64,000 nucleotides of DNA from Octopus vulgaris. Taxonomy: Eukaryota. The stretch lies in the NCBI GenBank assembly GCA_951406725.2, contig OX597828.1, forward strand, positions 35,588,001 through 35,652,000. The letters run 5' to 3'. Position numbers and translations under genes: made by a program. Position 1 is the stretch's first letter; each line of letters begins with the position of its first letter. The notes beneath the pieces are model-generated. The model was not told the origin of the DNA, searched no databases, and saw only the letters and a list, made by a program, of their open reading frames with translations. This document shows, one piece after another, positions 11,749-25,378 of the stretch.

Positions 11749-12036
11749 GGCATATAGTGTGATTGTTAAGAGCATGGGCTGCTAACCCCAAGATTCCGAG
11801 GCCAATTCCAGGCTTTGAAGAAATAATAATAATGATAATTATAATAATAATAAGAGCAGCAAAAAAAACACCTTAGGAATGAGAACCTGGGGTTGGGTTC
11901 AAAATTCTGCCAGGACACTTGATGAAGTCTGGAGAGTAAATCAACCGAAACATTGTGGTAACAACAAACAAGATGAGGAAACATATCCTTCTAATGTAAA
12001 TAATGTAAAGAATTCCTCATCTCTAAAATATAGAAT
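11749..12036 (+). mobile_element. tRNA-headed SINE-like element with hammerhead motif (full-length, diverged)
   Basis: tRNA-like head ggcatatagtgtgattgttaagagcatgggctgctaaccccaagattccgag, (AAT)n, then acacTTGATGAagtctggagagtaaatcaaccGAAACattgtgg (11915-11958), tail aatgtaaataatgta...aattcctcatctct shared with 128-210. Confidence 0.7.
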
Positions 12037-13239
12037 AGAATTTTTCTGAAATTCTTAAGATAGTGTAAATTTTACATGAGTTATAGTAAAAGTATTGTCT
12101 TGAGAGAGAACATCTTTTCAAACTGTATTTTTTGTTATCCGCTTGTCACTCCTAAATTGTGAGCTTTTGTATTTATGCTAACAGTTAAACTTTCTTAGTT
12201 ATGACATAAAATCGAAGACAAAACTAATATATAATATTTTACAACGATGTGCTTGTGTTGGTGAAGCTTTAACAAATCTTAATTCATTGCACTGCATCCT
12301 CAGTTTTGAATCAGAGTAGACTATACATGGTTGGACTTGAACCCACAGTCTGAGTAGATGGAATAAAGGATCTGACACATTGAACTCTGGATTCTAAGAA
12401 TAATGTCTCAGCTATGTATGTATATATATATATATATATATATCACAACTGTCTGATGAACAGGAATGTGAAACTTTGGGTAACAGCTTTTGTGATAATT
12501 TTGCAGCTTTAATAAAAACATATTACTCTGCCTTTGGTATTCGAGTACTATTTTTCCACCTTGTTTTGCACTTATGTGCTCACCTGTGTGTGTGTGTGTA
12601 TATATTAATATATAAAATATATATAATATATATTATATATAATATTGTGTGGGTGGGGTGTATACAATAATAAAATTTGAAAAAGCAAGAAAGTAGACAT
12701 TTAACCAAATAATGTCTGGCAAATATTTATGTTCTCGCTTTTGCATTTCAAAGAACTAATACCTATTCTTCTTTTGTTCTTAGACAATAATGGAAGCATT
12801 GTCTGGTATTTTGTTGTTAATCTTCACCTGTTAAGTTTAAACATGTAACAAAGTTTCTACATCTTTGAGCATTGTCACATCTGCTTCTTATGTATAAAAT
12901 GATCAGTCAGTCCAGCATTCAACACCTCTGTAAAATGAAGATATATTCTTGTTATATTCTTATTGTTATCTCTGTTTCATTGTTGTATTATAACATAATG
13001 ATACACATATCAGCTATGTAATCACATGTTCTTTTCTCAAGTTTTTTCATTTGTTAATTTCAAATTTATGTAATTTCTATCTTCCTTTTTTAACACCAGC
13101 AAGACAGAAATTGATAGTGGGAGTACCTAATTAAATGTCAATTACTCTTTAATTATTTCTCTCCCTTTCTCTCTCTATGTATCTTTTCTCTCTCTTTACA
13201 TACACACACACACACACACAACACACACACATATATATA

Positions 13240-13470
13240 CTAGTGATATAACCCGATTTCATTGGGGTCTACTCGGGCCACATTTTAAAGATGAGGAATT
13301 TTGTCCTAGAGGCCACACCTTTCAACTGACCAAACTCGAAGCTGCCATGATAACTCCCCACCACTTTTAACATAGGTGTGCAAATTATCAGGTCATTCCA
13401 ACTGCCTTTACTAACACTTGCCTGCACAACTACTTGTGAGACAACGTCTGCCCTTTTCACAAATATATAG
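13240..13470 (-). mobile_element. Possible Helitron 3' end
   Basis: Reverse strand cccgag...aatcgggttatatcaCTAG|T (hairpin plus CTAG); 5' boundary unclear. Confidence 0.35.
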
Positions 13471-13544
13471 TAAATATACACACACCTATCTTTATGTAGC
13501 TGTCTACCTATATCTATCTATCTATACATACATACACACATAAA

Positions 13545-13576
<32 letters not shown>

Positions 13577-14139
13577 GTATGTATGCATGGATGGATGGTG
13601 GATGGATGAGTGAATGGATGGATGGAAAACTATTTCTTTCTCTCAGTCTATCAATCCATCTAACTACATATTTATTTATCACATTCTCACTCATTTGTTT
13701 ATGTATCTATCTTGGAATCATCTACATTAAAAACACAAAGACAGATGTATTTACATCATGAATACACCAATCTTGTCACCACAAATCCATTAACTCACCA
13801 AGAGAGTTTCTTCTTTCAATAATTTGGATTCAAATCCTGCAAAGAATCTAAAAGTACACCAATCTACCATTTTGTCAACTTACAGTCCCTGACATATAGA
13901 TATACCGATAGAGAAAACTAAGTAACTGTTTGTCATTTCATTCACCTCTCTCATACTTCTACCACTCCGGTGGACCATAACTGTGTGGTTAAAAAGTTTG
14001 GCTTGCAATCACAGGATTATGGGATCAATCCTATTGTGCAGCATCTCAAGTGTCTTCTATGATAAACTCAAAAGCATCAAATCCTTGTCATCAGAATCCC
14101 ATCCCCAGAAACTGTGCTGAACCACATCAAATACATTTT

Positions 14140-14755
14140 ATCTTTTATTCTTTTGCTTGTTTTAGTCATTTGACTGCAGCCATGCTGGAGCACTGCCTTA
14201 ACGGGTTTTTAATCACAGAAATCGATCTCAGGACTTATTCTCTGTAAGCCCAATACTTGTTCTTTCAGTCACTTTTGCCAAACAAAAGTTACAGGGACAT
14301 AAACACACCAGCATCGGTTATCAAGCAATGGTGGAGGAACAAACATAGACACAAAGATAACACACACATAAATATGTGTGTGTGTGTGTATGTATATATA
14401 TACATATATATATATATATACATCAGCCTCGTCTGGCACCTGTGTCGGTGGCACATAAAAAACACCATCCGAGCGTGGCCGTCTGCCAGCCTCGTCTGGC
14501 ACCTGTGTCGGTGGCACATAAAAAACACCATCCGAGCGTGGCCATCTGCCAGCCTCGTCTGGCACCTGTGTCGGTGGCACATAAAATCACCCACTACACT
14601 CTCGGAGTGGTTGGCGTTAGGAAGGGCATCCAGCTGTAGAAACACTGCCAGATCTGACTGGCCTGGTGTAGTCTTCGGGCTTGCCAGACCCCAGTTGAAC
14701 CGTCCAACCCATGCTAGCATGGAAAGCGGACGTTAAACGATGATGATGATGATGA

Positions 14756-14810
<55 letters not shown>

Positions 14811-14819
14811 CATACATAC

Positions 14820-14875
<56 letters not shown>

Positions 14876-15032
14876 TGGGCTTCTTTCAGGTTCCATCTAC
14901 CAAATCCACTCACAAGGATTTGGTCAATTTGTGGCTATAGTAGTAGAAGACACTTGCCCAAAGTTCCACACAGTGGGACTGAACCGAGAACGATGTGGTT
15001 GGGAAGCAAGCTTCTTACCACACAGCCACACC
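14140..15032 (-). mobile_element. SINE family A split by a family D insertion in its central microsatellite
   Basis: Family A tail half at 14140-14360 and head half at 14876-15032 flank the insertion at 14424-14758. Confidence 0.75.
14424..14758 (+). mobile_element. Family D retroelement 3' end (RTE-like tail) with 63-bp tandem units
   Basis: 63-bp unit repeated ~2.5 times (starts 14425, 14488, 14551), then ggttggcgttaggaagggcatccagctgtag...aacccatgctagcatggaaagcggacgttaaac(gat)n. Confidence 0.8.
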
Positions 15033-15636
15033 TATATTCTAAAATCACTTTACAGTAGAAAATTTAGTAATTACATAATACATTAATTCATACTTCAAAA
15101 TAAAAACAAAACCAAGTATTTTCTTTTGTTCTCATGAATAAACAATTCCTAACTTTTGTCATCATATACCGAAAAGACTGTCAGGCAAGCGACTGATAGC
15201 CTTATACAATAACATTGCGACTACATCAAACGGTTTTATATTACCATCGTGTTTATTCAGCAGAATTTATAATTTATTCAGCATATAAAAATAAATTTGT
15301 TTCATTTATTTCATTGATTGATTAAAAAAGCAGTAAACATTAAAACAAATAATCGCTGTTTCTGTAATTTCAGTTAAAAAAAAAAAACCATTTCTTGTAT
15401 TGAGTTCTTTTATACTTCTAGGTTGTTTACACAGTTGCCATCTCATGCACACACACACACACACACACACACAAACTCTCACACACACACATTCATGCAC
15501 AAACTCACACACAAACACACATGCATGCACACATATGCTAGTAGATATATATACACACATATACATATATGTATACACATATACACATTACTTTGACATA
15601 TATCAAAGATGTGAATATATATATAATATATACATG

Positions 15637-15721
<85 letters not shown>

Positions 15722-18177
15722 GTTTGTATATGTGTCTATGTAATGCTATGTTTTAATTTAAGCATAAATAATATACAGCATCATTTTCACATATAATATT
15801 TTCTGTCGTATGTCCCCAATTATCTTTCTTAAACAAGCTGGTTCCTCTGAACTTGTTTTCATTCATAGTCCACCAATATTTACTTAGTGACTATAGTTTC
15901 ATTACACACCGCATATTTTTTATCCTTACAGCATTCTACATAAGTATACATGAAATCTGAGCTAGCTTCAGCTTTGAAGTCCAGCTTTGTATCTTTAAAA
16001 TCTCTTTTATTTTCGTTTTTTTTCCTCTCCTAATATATATTTTATATTGGTAAATAACTATAAAACCATTTAAGGCATCTGAATAATTTTCCTCACAAAA
16101 ATATGACATTTAGAATTTTTTGGTTTTGCTATTTTTTTATCACCACTGTTTGATTTCTCTTCCCAGCTCCACCCTATATATTCTCATCCACTCATCTCTT
16201 ATGTGATTAGCCATGTATCTTCTCTATAACAAAAAGAAAAACAACAACAAAAATGAAAAAGAATCTGTTTTCTTCTGGTTTGTTGTTTCATACTTTAATC
16301 TCTCATCTTCAACCATAAAGTTCCCTCCCTTTCTACTGTATCCCCACTCAGCCAAAGAGGATTTTAGCCTGTCAAGCTGCCTGGTGACCCCACTAGTGTT
16401 CGTGCCACATAAAAAGCACCCAGTACACTCTTTAAAGTGGCTGATGATAGGAAGGGTATCCAGTTGTAGAAACCATGTGAAAGCAGACTTTGAAACATGC
16501 AGTTCTCAAGCCTTGTCATATCATCTGACCCATGACAGCATAGAAAACAGACATTAAGCAATGATGATGACGACGATGATGGTGGTGGTGGTGGTGGTGG
16601 TGGTGGTAGTGGTGATGATGACTATTCTGTTTTGTAAATAATCCAGACATTTCCCTGTGGGGTGAAAAACAAACCCCGTTAAAGAGTGAAGGAACTCACA
16701 AGAGTCAATGACCATCAAATGGGGTGTATATGGAGGAATTAATCCTGATGACAAAAAAAAGTCCCTGAGTTAGTGTCACAGTTTTGTCCTAGTGAGCAGC
16801 ACTTGGGGTCTGAAGTCGGGCATATTGATCTTCATTCAATGTATGAGCTTCATTTGGCGAAACTACACAACGCAGTCTGGGAGGAAGAGCCTCTTCAGCC
16901 AATGGTCAGTCAAAAGTTGACCTTTGACTACCAGTTGGTAGAACTGGGGACTCATCAACTCACTTCATTGGCTGTTCAAGTGTGTGTTACTAAATGGAAA
17001 AACAGTTAGTATGAATCACCATAAGACATTTTTGTGTATAAATATATCGTTTATTCTGTGTTCACCTTTTAAGGAGGAAGCATGTAGTATGATACAAAAA
17101 CATGTGTGTTTACATACAGAGAAAGTTTTGATTTTTGCTTTTGCACTGAAAGAGGTAACATATAATATTTATATTACAGTATGTGTGTGTGTAATGAGAA
17201 CAGTAATTTTGAGAATGTGTGTGTGTGATAAAATATCTTCATTTACGAACCATATATCTTGTGTCGAGGTAAATAGATGTGTGAGTTGTACATGGGAGAT
17301 TGTGCATGGAGCTGCAGAGAAGACATGTGTCTTTGACCAAAGCCTGGCAGGAACTGTGAGTTTTCTACAGTGTAGCTCAGAACAAGGCTAGTGTATCAAA
17401 GCGAGGCTAGTGTATCAAGGTGAAGCTAGATGCCTCATCGATATATTCGTCTGCTGTGCCAGTTGACTCACATATTACTATGTAGTATGTAGCACGTAGC
17501 TCTGCTACAAATTCATCTAAGGTGCTGTATTAATAGCGTCAGGAGTGGACAGCCTCAAAGAAGAAACATGTGTCCCTTCTTTCCTTGGACCCAGTGCTGT
17601 TTTAAGAAATAGTTACACTTGGCAGAAGTCCAGCGGCCCTACAGATCTAGGGGCATGACTATGACCTGTGTACGCTGTGGCTTGCTATCAATAAATACAT
17701 ATCATAGGACCTATGGCTTTAATTTGCTCAAGGGCTATAATTCTGCTAAGATGACCCAGCCTGGACCCTCCACTCCTGATTGGATCATAGAATTAGAATC
17801 ATGACACACACCATGTTTTGGATTTTAAACGTGATGATGTCTGTCCCTCTCCACCCCTGACTAAAACCGATTTCTTCTTAGGAGAACAAGAGGAAAGAAA
17901 TCAACCCAGTACTGACCTGTTATTTTACTTAGTGACCCCTAAAGGAAAACAAAGCAAAAGACACCTCATAGGAATTTGAACTCAGAGAACAGAGAACAGG
18001 AACATATATGGCAAGGCTTATTTTATTGGCATTCAAATGATTCTGTCAAGTTATGGTTATAGATTGGCATCATTCTGATTTGATATAAGACTAAGAACTG
18101 TCAGCAGAAGAGCAGTCTTGGAAATATCGTTTCCTCAGATGATGTTAGAACAACAGTAAATTCGTATATACATGTAT

Positions 18178-18211
<34 letters not shown>

Positions 18212-18441
18212 GTATATATACATATATGCATATATATATGTATATATACATATATATATATATGTATATATGATTATATACATTCATATATACATAATAA
18301 TAATGTGTTATTTTCTCGGAGTTTTTATGGTAGTTGAAAAGACATTAGCGTTTATTTCTAATTCAGTATGTGGCGAGGCAATTGGCTGACCCCTCATTAT
18401 AATTATGTATATAATTATAGAATATTTTGTACATATATACA

Positions 18442-18478
<37 letters not shown>

Positions 18479-19119
18479 GAATGTACATATATATATATAC
18501 ATGCACACACACGTGTGTGTAGTATTTTCTGCTGTCTGTTGCAATGTTCTTTTGCTATTCTTGAGAATATTGATAGTTCATAATGCATTAAAAAGCAGCT
18601 TCTATTTTATATTACATTATACTTCCTGAGAATTTAAATTTGATTTCTTTTAGAAAGATGAAAATAAAAGAAAAGAAAAGAAAAATTATGAAATATGAAT
18701 TTTTTAAATTTCTTTTTTTTTTTTTTTTTTTAAATGTAGAAATTCATTCAGTTCTAATTCTATTTAAGATTGTGATATTGTGTGAAGTTAATGATAAAAA
18801 AAAATTATTTGTTTATTTTACACACAGGTGAAATGAAGAGAGTTGAAAGAGATCAAACATCAGAATTTTTCGTGCTCTCTGCTATATTCTCAGTCTGTAG
18901 ATTACATCAATAAGTGATTTAATGTAATTGACTTCAAATGAATGGAGAAATTGTGGTATTTTTGATGTTCATGCCTTTCCAATGACTTTTATTATAGACA
19001 TGAATTCAGTAAGATTGTTTCAGCTAGGGAATATGTAAACTAAAGCCTTTGACGGTTGTCGGTGTTGGTTTTATATTTTGTGTGAAATAAAGGGTGTATA
19101 TGTATGGTTGTGTGTATGT

Positions 19120-19268
19120 GTAGACAAAGAGAGAGGGAGAGAGAAAAAGAGAGAGACAGACAGACAGACGGAGATAGACAAACATATAGACAGACAGATT
19201 ACACAGACTGTGTACGCAGGAGTTGAAATGTGTCAGAGAATGAGAGAGTGAAAGAGAGAAGAATATAT

Positions 19269-19311
<43 letters not shown>

Positions 19312-19544
19312 GAGAAACACAGAGAGAGGGTAAGATGAAAGGAGAGACAGGAAGTTAGAGAAAAAGAAAGAGGCAGAGATGGACAGAGATAGACATTCAG
19401 ATAAATGCACAGGCAGTGTAGGAAGGAATTGCATGAAGAGAGAGTGAAAAAGTATGAGAGAGAGAAAGAAAGAGAGAGAGTGACTGAGACAGAGGCACAG
19501 ATTGTGCATGCATGAGTTGTAATGTGTCAGAGAGAGAGAGATAG

Positions 19545-19584
<40 letters not shown>

Positions 19585-20025
19585 CAGAGTAAAAAAAGAG
19601 TAAAAAAAACAGACAGAGTGTTATGTGTGTTATGCAGTGAAGTGTGTCATATGTTGTATGCATAGATGAGATGAGGAGGCTGAGAGTCTGGCAGAGAGAG
19701 ATAGAGAGGTACAATGAGAGAGAGGGGGAATAGTGTCTTATATCTGTTATGAAGTAAAAGATGATAGTGTATGTGTGTTTATAAAGAGAGAGAGAGGGGG
19801 AAGACAGAGACAGAGAGAGATAGACAAAGAAAGTGAGAGAGAGAGAGAAAGAGGGAAACAGACAGAGAGAGAGATAGACAAAGAAAGTGAGAGAGAGCGA
19901 GAGAGAAAGAGGGAAACAGACACAGAAACAAAGAAAGTGAGAGAGAGAGAGAAAGAGGGAAACAGAGAGAGAGAGAGAGAGATAGACAAAGAAAGTGAGA
20001 GAGAGAGAGAGAGAGAAAAGGAAAA
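19120..20025. repeat. GA-rich compound microsatellite/minisatellite
   Basis: (GA)n with recurring gatagacaaagaaagtga and gaaagagggaaaca units; 36-bp direct repeat at ~19735 and ~20027. Confidence 0.85.
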
Positions 20026-20799
20026 AGTCTTATGTCTGCCATGAATCAAAAGATGATAGTGTGTGTAGGTGTGTTTGAGTGAGTGAGTCTGAAAGTGTGT
20101 GAGTGTGTGTATGTGAGTGTGTGTGTGTGTTTGTGTGTCTGTGGTTAAGAAAGCAAGATTCTTTTACACTTTTATTCTTTAACTCGTATCAGTCATTCAT
20201 CTACTATCTCGCTGGGGCACTACCTTCGAGAATATACTTAATTAAATCCATTTAGTTTACTGACTGATCTATTTTGTCAACTTTGGAAAGATCAAAAGCA
20301 AAGTTGACGACCTGAGGCAAGATTTAGTCTCAGAATATGAACAAATCTTACTTCAATTCTGTTACACTTTTATAAATGTTAGAGGAAGGGCTGGGTTTTG
20401 AAACCTTTGACCCTGCATCCCTCATGGCAACTGAACTTATCAAACTTTCCTGCTATAACTCTATTTGCCTAAACTTTTGTGTCTGGCAGTAAATTCCATT
20501 CCAACATTCTCCAATGAATTATTGGTAAGAGACCACAACTAGAAATTTTCTGCAGGTGAGGCCAATTCTGTCCTCGCTGCCCCACTTAAGTGACGCACAC
20601 AGGCTAAAGGGCAAAACGCTTATGACTCTGAGGTCCCTACTGACAATATGGAAGGGTTGTGATGGATTTAGAAGAAGAGCTTGCAAAATCTCTGATTAAG
20701 TTCCTACAGTATGTTGAATGGAGAAAAGCATCTCTGATGCTTAGGAAGCCACAGCCTGATGGTCAAAAATAAAGAAAAATGTTTTCTCTGATATGCTCT

Positions 20800-21475
20800 T
20801 TGGCCATGCTGGAGTACCACCTTTAGTCAAACAAATTGACCCCAGGACTTACTCTTTGAAAGCCTAGTACTTATTCTATCATTCTCTTTTACTGAACTGA
20901 TAAGTTACAGGGACATAAATACACCAACATCGGTTATCAAGTGATGGTGGGGGAACAAATACAGACACACATACACACACATGCACACACACACATATGG
21001 ATATATATATATATACATATATAAATTAACAGAATGGGATAAAAAATCTAAGGCTGTGGAAGTTTTCAGAATATTTATAAAGAGAAGGTCTTACAGCAGT
21101 TTCTGGGATATTATATATATCCCTTCATCAGAGACAATGCAAGAAAACATTTGATAGTTATAGAGAAGACATAAAATATAGAGTGAAATGGAGACATGGA
21201 AACAGATGTGAGATATGTAAGGATATTGTATCTGCAGTTCCATTATTTAAGCAGAATGGTGCATATATAAGATTCCTATACCTTGTGTGTGAGTTCCAAC
21301 ACACACATACATATATATATATAAATATATACAACAGGCTTCTTTCAGTTTCTGTCTACCAAATTCACTCACAGGGCTTTGGTCAGGATGAGGCTATAGT
21401 AGAAAGCACTTGCTCAAGGTGCCATGCAGTGGGACTGAACCTGGAATAAACCATGTGGTTGGGAAGTAATAACCA
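20800..21475 (-). mobile_element. SINE family A split by a hammerhead-containing insertion
   Basis: Tail half 20800-20970, head half 21330-21475. Confidence 0.7.
21088..21135 (-). ncRNA. Minimal type-I hammerhead ribozyme motif, intact core, GUA site
   Basis: Reverse complement: GUCU CUGAUGA A GGGAUAU AUAUA AUAUCCC A GAAAC UGCU GUA AGAC. Stem I GUCU/AGAC, 7-bp stem II, stem III AC/GU. Confidence 0.75.
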
Positions 21476-21723
21476 CACCACACACAAACATTGTTGCCTT
21501 CCCCCAAAATAATATATGGATGCATGCAGTCATAGGCACAAACAACTGTAGACATATAATAATAAAAATGATAATTTCTAATTTAAGCACAGGGTTAGCA
21601 ATTTGGGAAAAGGGGTTTGGTCATTTAAATTAACCCCAGGGCATAATTCGTACTTTATTTTATCAATCCTGAAATAATTCTTAATTCAGGCACAAGGCCA
21701 ATTATTCTGAGTGTTAGGATATC

Positions 21724-21768
<45 letters not shown>

Positions 21769-21786
21769 GTGATAATAATGATAATA

Positions 21787-22000
21787 ATCCTTTATACTGG
21801 AAGCACAGGGCCTCAAATTTGGGGGAAGGGATTAAGTCGATTACATCAACTCCAGTGCATAACTGGTACTTAATTTATCGATCCTGAAAGGATGAAAGGC
21901 AAAGTCAACCCCTGCAGCATTTGAACTCAGAATGTGAAGACAGATGAAATACCACTAAGCATTTTGCTGGGCATGCTAACAATTCTGCCAGCTCACCGCC

Positions 22001-22038
<38 letters not shown>

Positions 22039-22243
22039 CTTTTCTACTCTAGGCACAAGGCCCAAAATCTGGAGGGGTAGGGGGAGCAGTCGGTTAGAGT
22101 GACCCCAGTATGCAACTGGTACTTAATTTATCGATCCTGAAAGGATGAAAGGCAAAGTCGACCATAGCAGAATTCGAACTCAGAACTTAAAGCAGATGAA
22201 ATACCGCTAAGCACTCACCTGGCATGGTAACGATTCACCACCT
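21787..22243 (-). mobile_element. Two tandem family C SINEs separated and flanked by (AAT)n
   Basis: Reverse complements of 9384-9560 at 21787-22002 and 22040-22243. Confidence 0.78.
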
Positions 22244-22274
22244 TAACAATTATAATAATAATAACAATAATAAC

Positions 22275-22333
<59 letters not shown>

Positions 22334-22719
22334 TGATGATGAAGATGATGGCGATTTTTTTTTTATTCAGTGACTTATTCATAGATGAAAGGTAATACCT
22401 ATGAACCCTTTCAGAGAACCCTGAGATTGATGGGAGGGAAGGAAGAAGTTATCATAGGCCCATTAGTTGTGTAAAACCAGGGAATAGATTAATCCTAGTC
22501 CCTAAATATAATGGGGAGAAAGTTTGGTGGTCTCTTGGCCTACTGGAAACAGCATCCGAATCTCTTCAGATCACACCATACTCTTTTCAAGAAAGTTGAA
22601 AACACATTAGGCAATGTCATAGCTATACAAACAGATGGGATGGTCATGGCTGGAACACCTTTGATCATAGGCCAGTTCTTTCAGGGAAACAACAACCAAG
22701 ATTATATAACTATGAAATG

Positions 22720-23246
22720 TGAGTGCCACGTAAAAAGCACTCAGTTCAAGTGGTTGGCATTTGGAAGGGCATCCAGCTGTAAAAACCTTGCCAAAACTGA
22801 CCTCGCCTGAGCAAGCACCACGTAAAAAGCACTCTATGGGATGGTTGGAGTCCACTCTATGGGATGGTTGGTGTTAGGAAGGGCATCCAACCATAAAAAC
22901 CATGCCAAAACAAACTCAGAAACATGGTGCAGGCTCCTGCCTGGCCAGCTCTTGTCAAACCGTCCAACCCATGACAGCATGGAAGGAGGATGTTAAACAA
23001 TGATGATGATGAAATACATCAGTTTCATACAAACCACAAGCAGTTTGTATTTTACGGGTGGCACGTAAAAAGCACCCACTACACTCACGGAGTGGTTGGC
23101 ATTAGGAAGGGCATCAAGCTGTAGAAACATTGCCAGATAAGACCGGAGCCTGGTGCAGCCTTCTGGCTTCCCAGATCCCCGGTCGAACCGTCCAACCCGT
23201 GCTAGCATGGAGAAAGGACGTTAAACGATGATGATGATGATGATGA
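22720..23246 (+). mobile_element. Cluster of family D (RTE-like tail) copies
   Basis: Repeated cacgtaaaaagcac...ggaagggcatcc segments ending in (gat)n at ~23010 and ~23245. Confidence 0.75.
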
Positions 23247-24429
23247 AGAGAGAGAGAGAGAGAGAGAAGAAATATATGAAATAACTGAATCTAAAATATT
23301 ACAATTAAAATAAAATAATAATATAAATAATAAAATGAAATATAATCACAGCAATGTACCACAAAATTGGTGATAGCCATTATTTGGCAGATCAAAGGCG
23401 AAAAACTCTTGAGTGCAGGGGGACAAGTTCTGTTCTCCTGCTGTCAGTCTGTGAATAGGAACCAAAAGTGGAAAAGGAAGGAAACCAAAAACAGCAACGA
23501 CAAAAAGATTTATTAAATTACTTTCGTTCCTAAGACACGACAACAAAATAGAGTTTTTGCAACAAGAAGTTCCTGTAATAAATAGAAGTTTCTGGATGAA
23601 ATCTAATTACCGTTCTGTTAAAGGTTGAATCACTTGTAATTTGGAATTGTTACTTGAAGCCAATTTTCATCGGTTTCATTAGTTTGTATAGAAAGCAAAG
23701 AGAAACGATTACCTCTTTATCATTTTTAGATTAACGTTCACCACAACGACAACAATAACAACGGCAACAACAAAAGTAACAATGTCTGCCCTAATTCGTT
23801 GTTTCTATAAATACATTGCTGCAGAAAATAAGAAGTAATTACATCATCATCATCATCATCCTTATACTCATCCTCATCATTTTAATGTCTGTGTTTCCAT
23901 ATTCGCATAAGCCAGATAGAATTTGATGAGGCAGGTTTTTCTATGTTCTACAGCCAGACATATTTTTACGGAAGATTGGAAATGAATGACACCCTTGTTT
24001 CTATGATACAAATGCTTTTTTTACAACTCTTTCATAATGGCCAAACATGAATACACACACATACATGCACACATACACATACCTGTGCACATACACATAC
24101 CTGCACACATACATGGATATATACTCTTGTGAGTAGAAGTCCTGTAATTTCAACAGTTCCATTACTTTCATCATGTAACAACCAACCGGGTGAAAAATAC
24201 CTTACTCAGAAAACAGTTAAGGGTTGGCAATAGGAAAAGCTTCCAGCTGTGTCAGCACAGAAGAATAAAAATGATGTTAACGATGATGATAGTGGCAGTG
24301 ATAAAGATAATGGTGGCAGAAGTAGTGATGGTGGTGGTGGTGGTGGTGGTCATGATGATGATGATGATGATGATGTACTTCGTTTACTTACCAAGTTTTT
24401 TCTCTGAAATTTCAAATATATACATACAT

Positions 24430-24618
24430 ATACCTATTATCTATCTATCTTTCTTTTTTTTCTTTTTATTTTATCCCCCCCTTTTTTGTCCTCTTTCTTT
24501 CCATTTACGATCCCTTTTGATCGAAAACCAAACCCCCTTCTTTTACCCCCAATGAAAAAGCTCTACCTTGTAATTTTGTCCTGTCTGTGTGCAGCCCTGT
24601 GTGGCTAATAAAGAAACA
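24430..24618 (+). mobile_element. LINE 3' end fragment, family E
   Basis: Reverse complement of 30325-30500; ends gtgtggctAATAAAgaaacatat. Confidence 0.6.
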
Positions 24619-24640
24619 TATCTATCTATCTATCTATCTA

Positions 24641-24706
<66 letters not shown>

Positions 24707-24894
24707 CATATAGATAGATAAATAGATAGATAGATAGATAAATAGATAAGATAGAGATAAGATATAGATAGACATACATACATACATACAGACAGACAGA
24801 TAGATAGAAAGATACACATACACACACAAACATATACATATAAGAGCATAGTAATTGACTTGAAGCGTTGTGATTCCACATATATATATATGTG

Positions 24895-25378
24895 TTGTTT
24901 CCTGCACCAGTTTCGCATAGCAGCCCCAGCCCATCCAAAGTACCTTGGATTGCAGAATAACCTGCTTGGATCGTAGGGTGACCTACTGTGCTTGAGGAGA
25001 CCTATTGAGTCAAGTACATCAACATCAAAATAAATATCAAATGGAAATTGAAGTTGTGATACCTGTGCCGGTGGCACGTAAAAAGCACTATCCGAACGTG
25101 GCCGATGCCAGTACCGCCTTGACTGGCTTCCATGCCGGTGGCACATAAAAAAGCACCAACTGATCGTGGCCGCTGCCAACCTCCCCTGGCATCGGTGCCG
25201 GTAGCACGTTAAAAGCACCCACTACACTCATGCAGTGGTTGGCGTTAGGAAGGGCATCCAGCTGTAGAAACACTGCTGGATCAGACTGGAGCCTGGTGCC
25301 ACCTCCTGGCTGTCCAGACCCCGGTCGAACCATCCAACCCGTGCTAGCACAGAAAACAGACGTTAAACGATGATGATG
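24895..25378 (+). mobile_element. Family D element, longer 3' fragment (RTE-like)
   Basis: tgtgcttgaggagacc segment, three gtgccggtggcacgtaaaaagcac units, then the common tail to (gat)n. Confidence 0.75.

Noticed and set aside
25061-25220. CRISPR-like appearance: ~24-bp palindromic repeats with ~38-bp spacers
   Set aside because: Spacers are homologous to each other, the unit is part of a multi-copy retroelement tail, and the context is eukaryotic with no cas genes.
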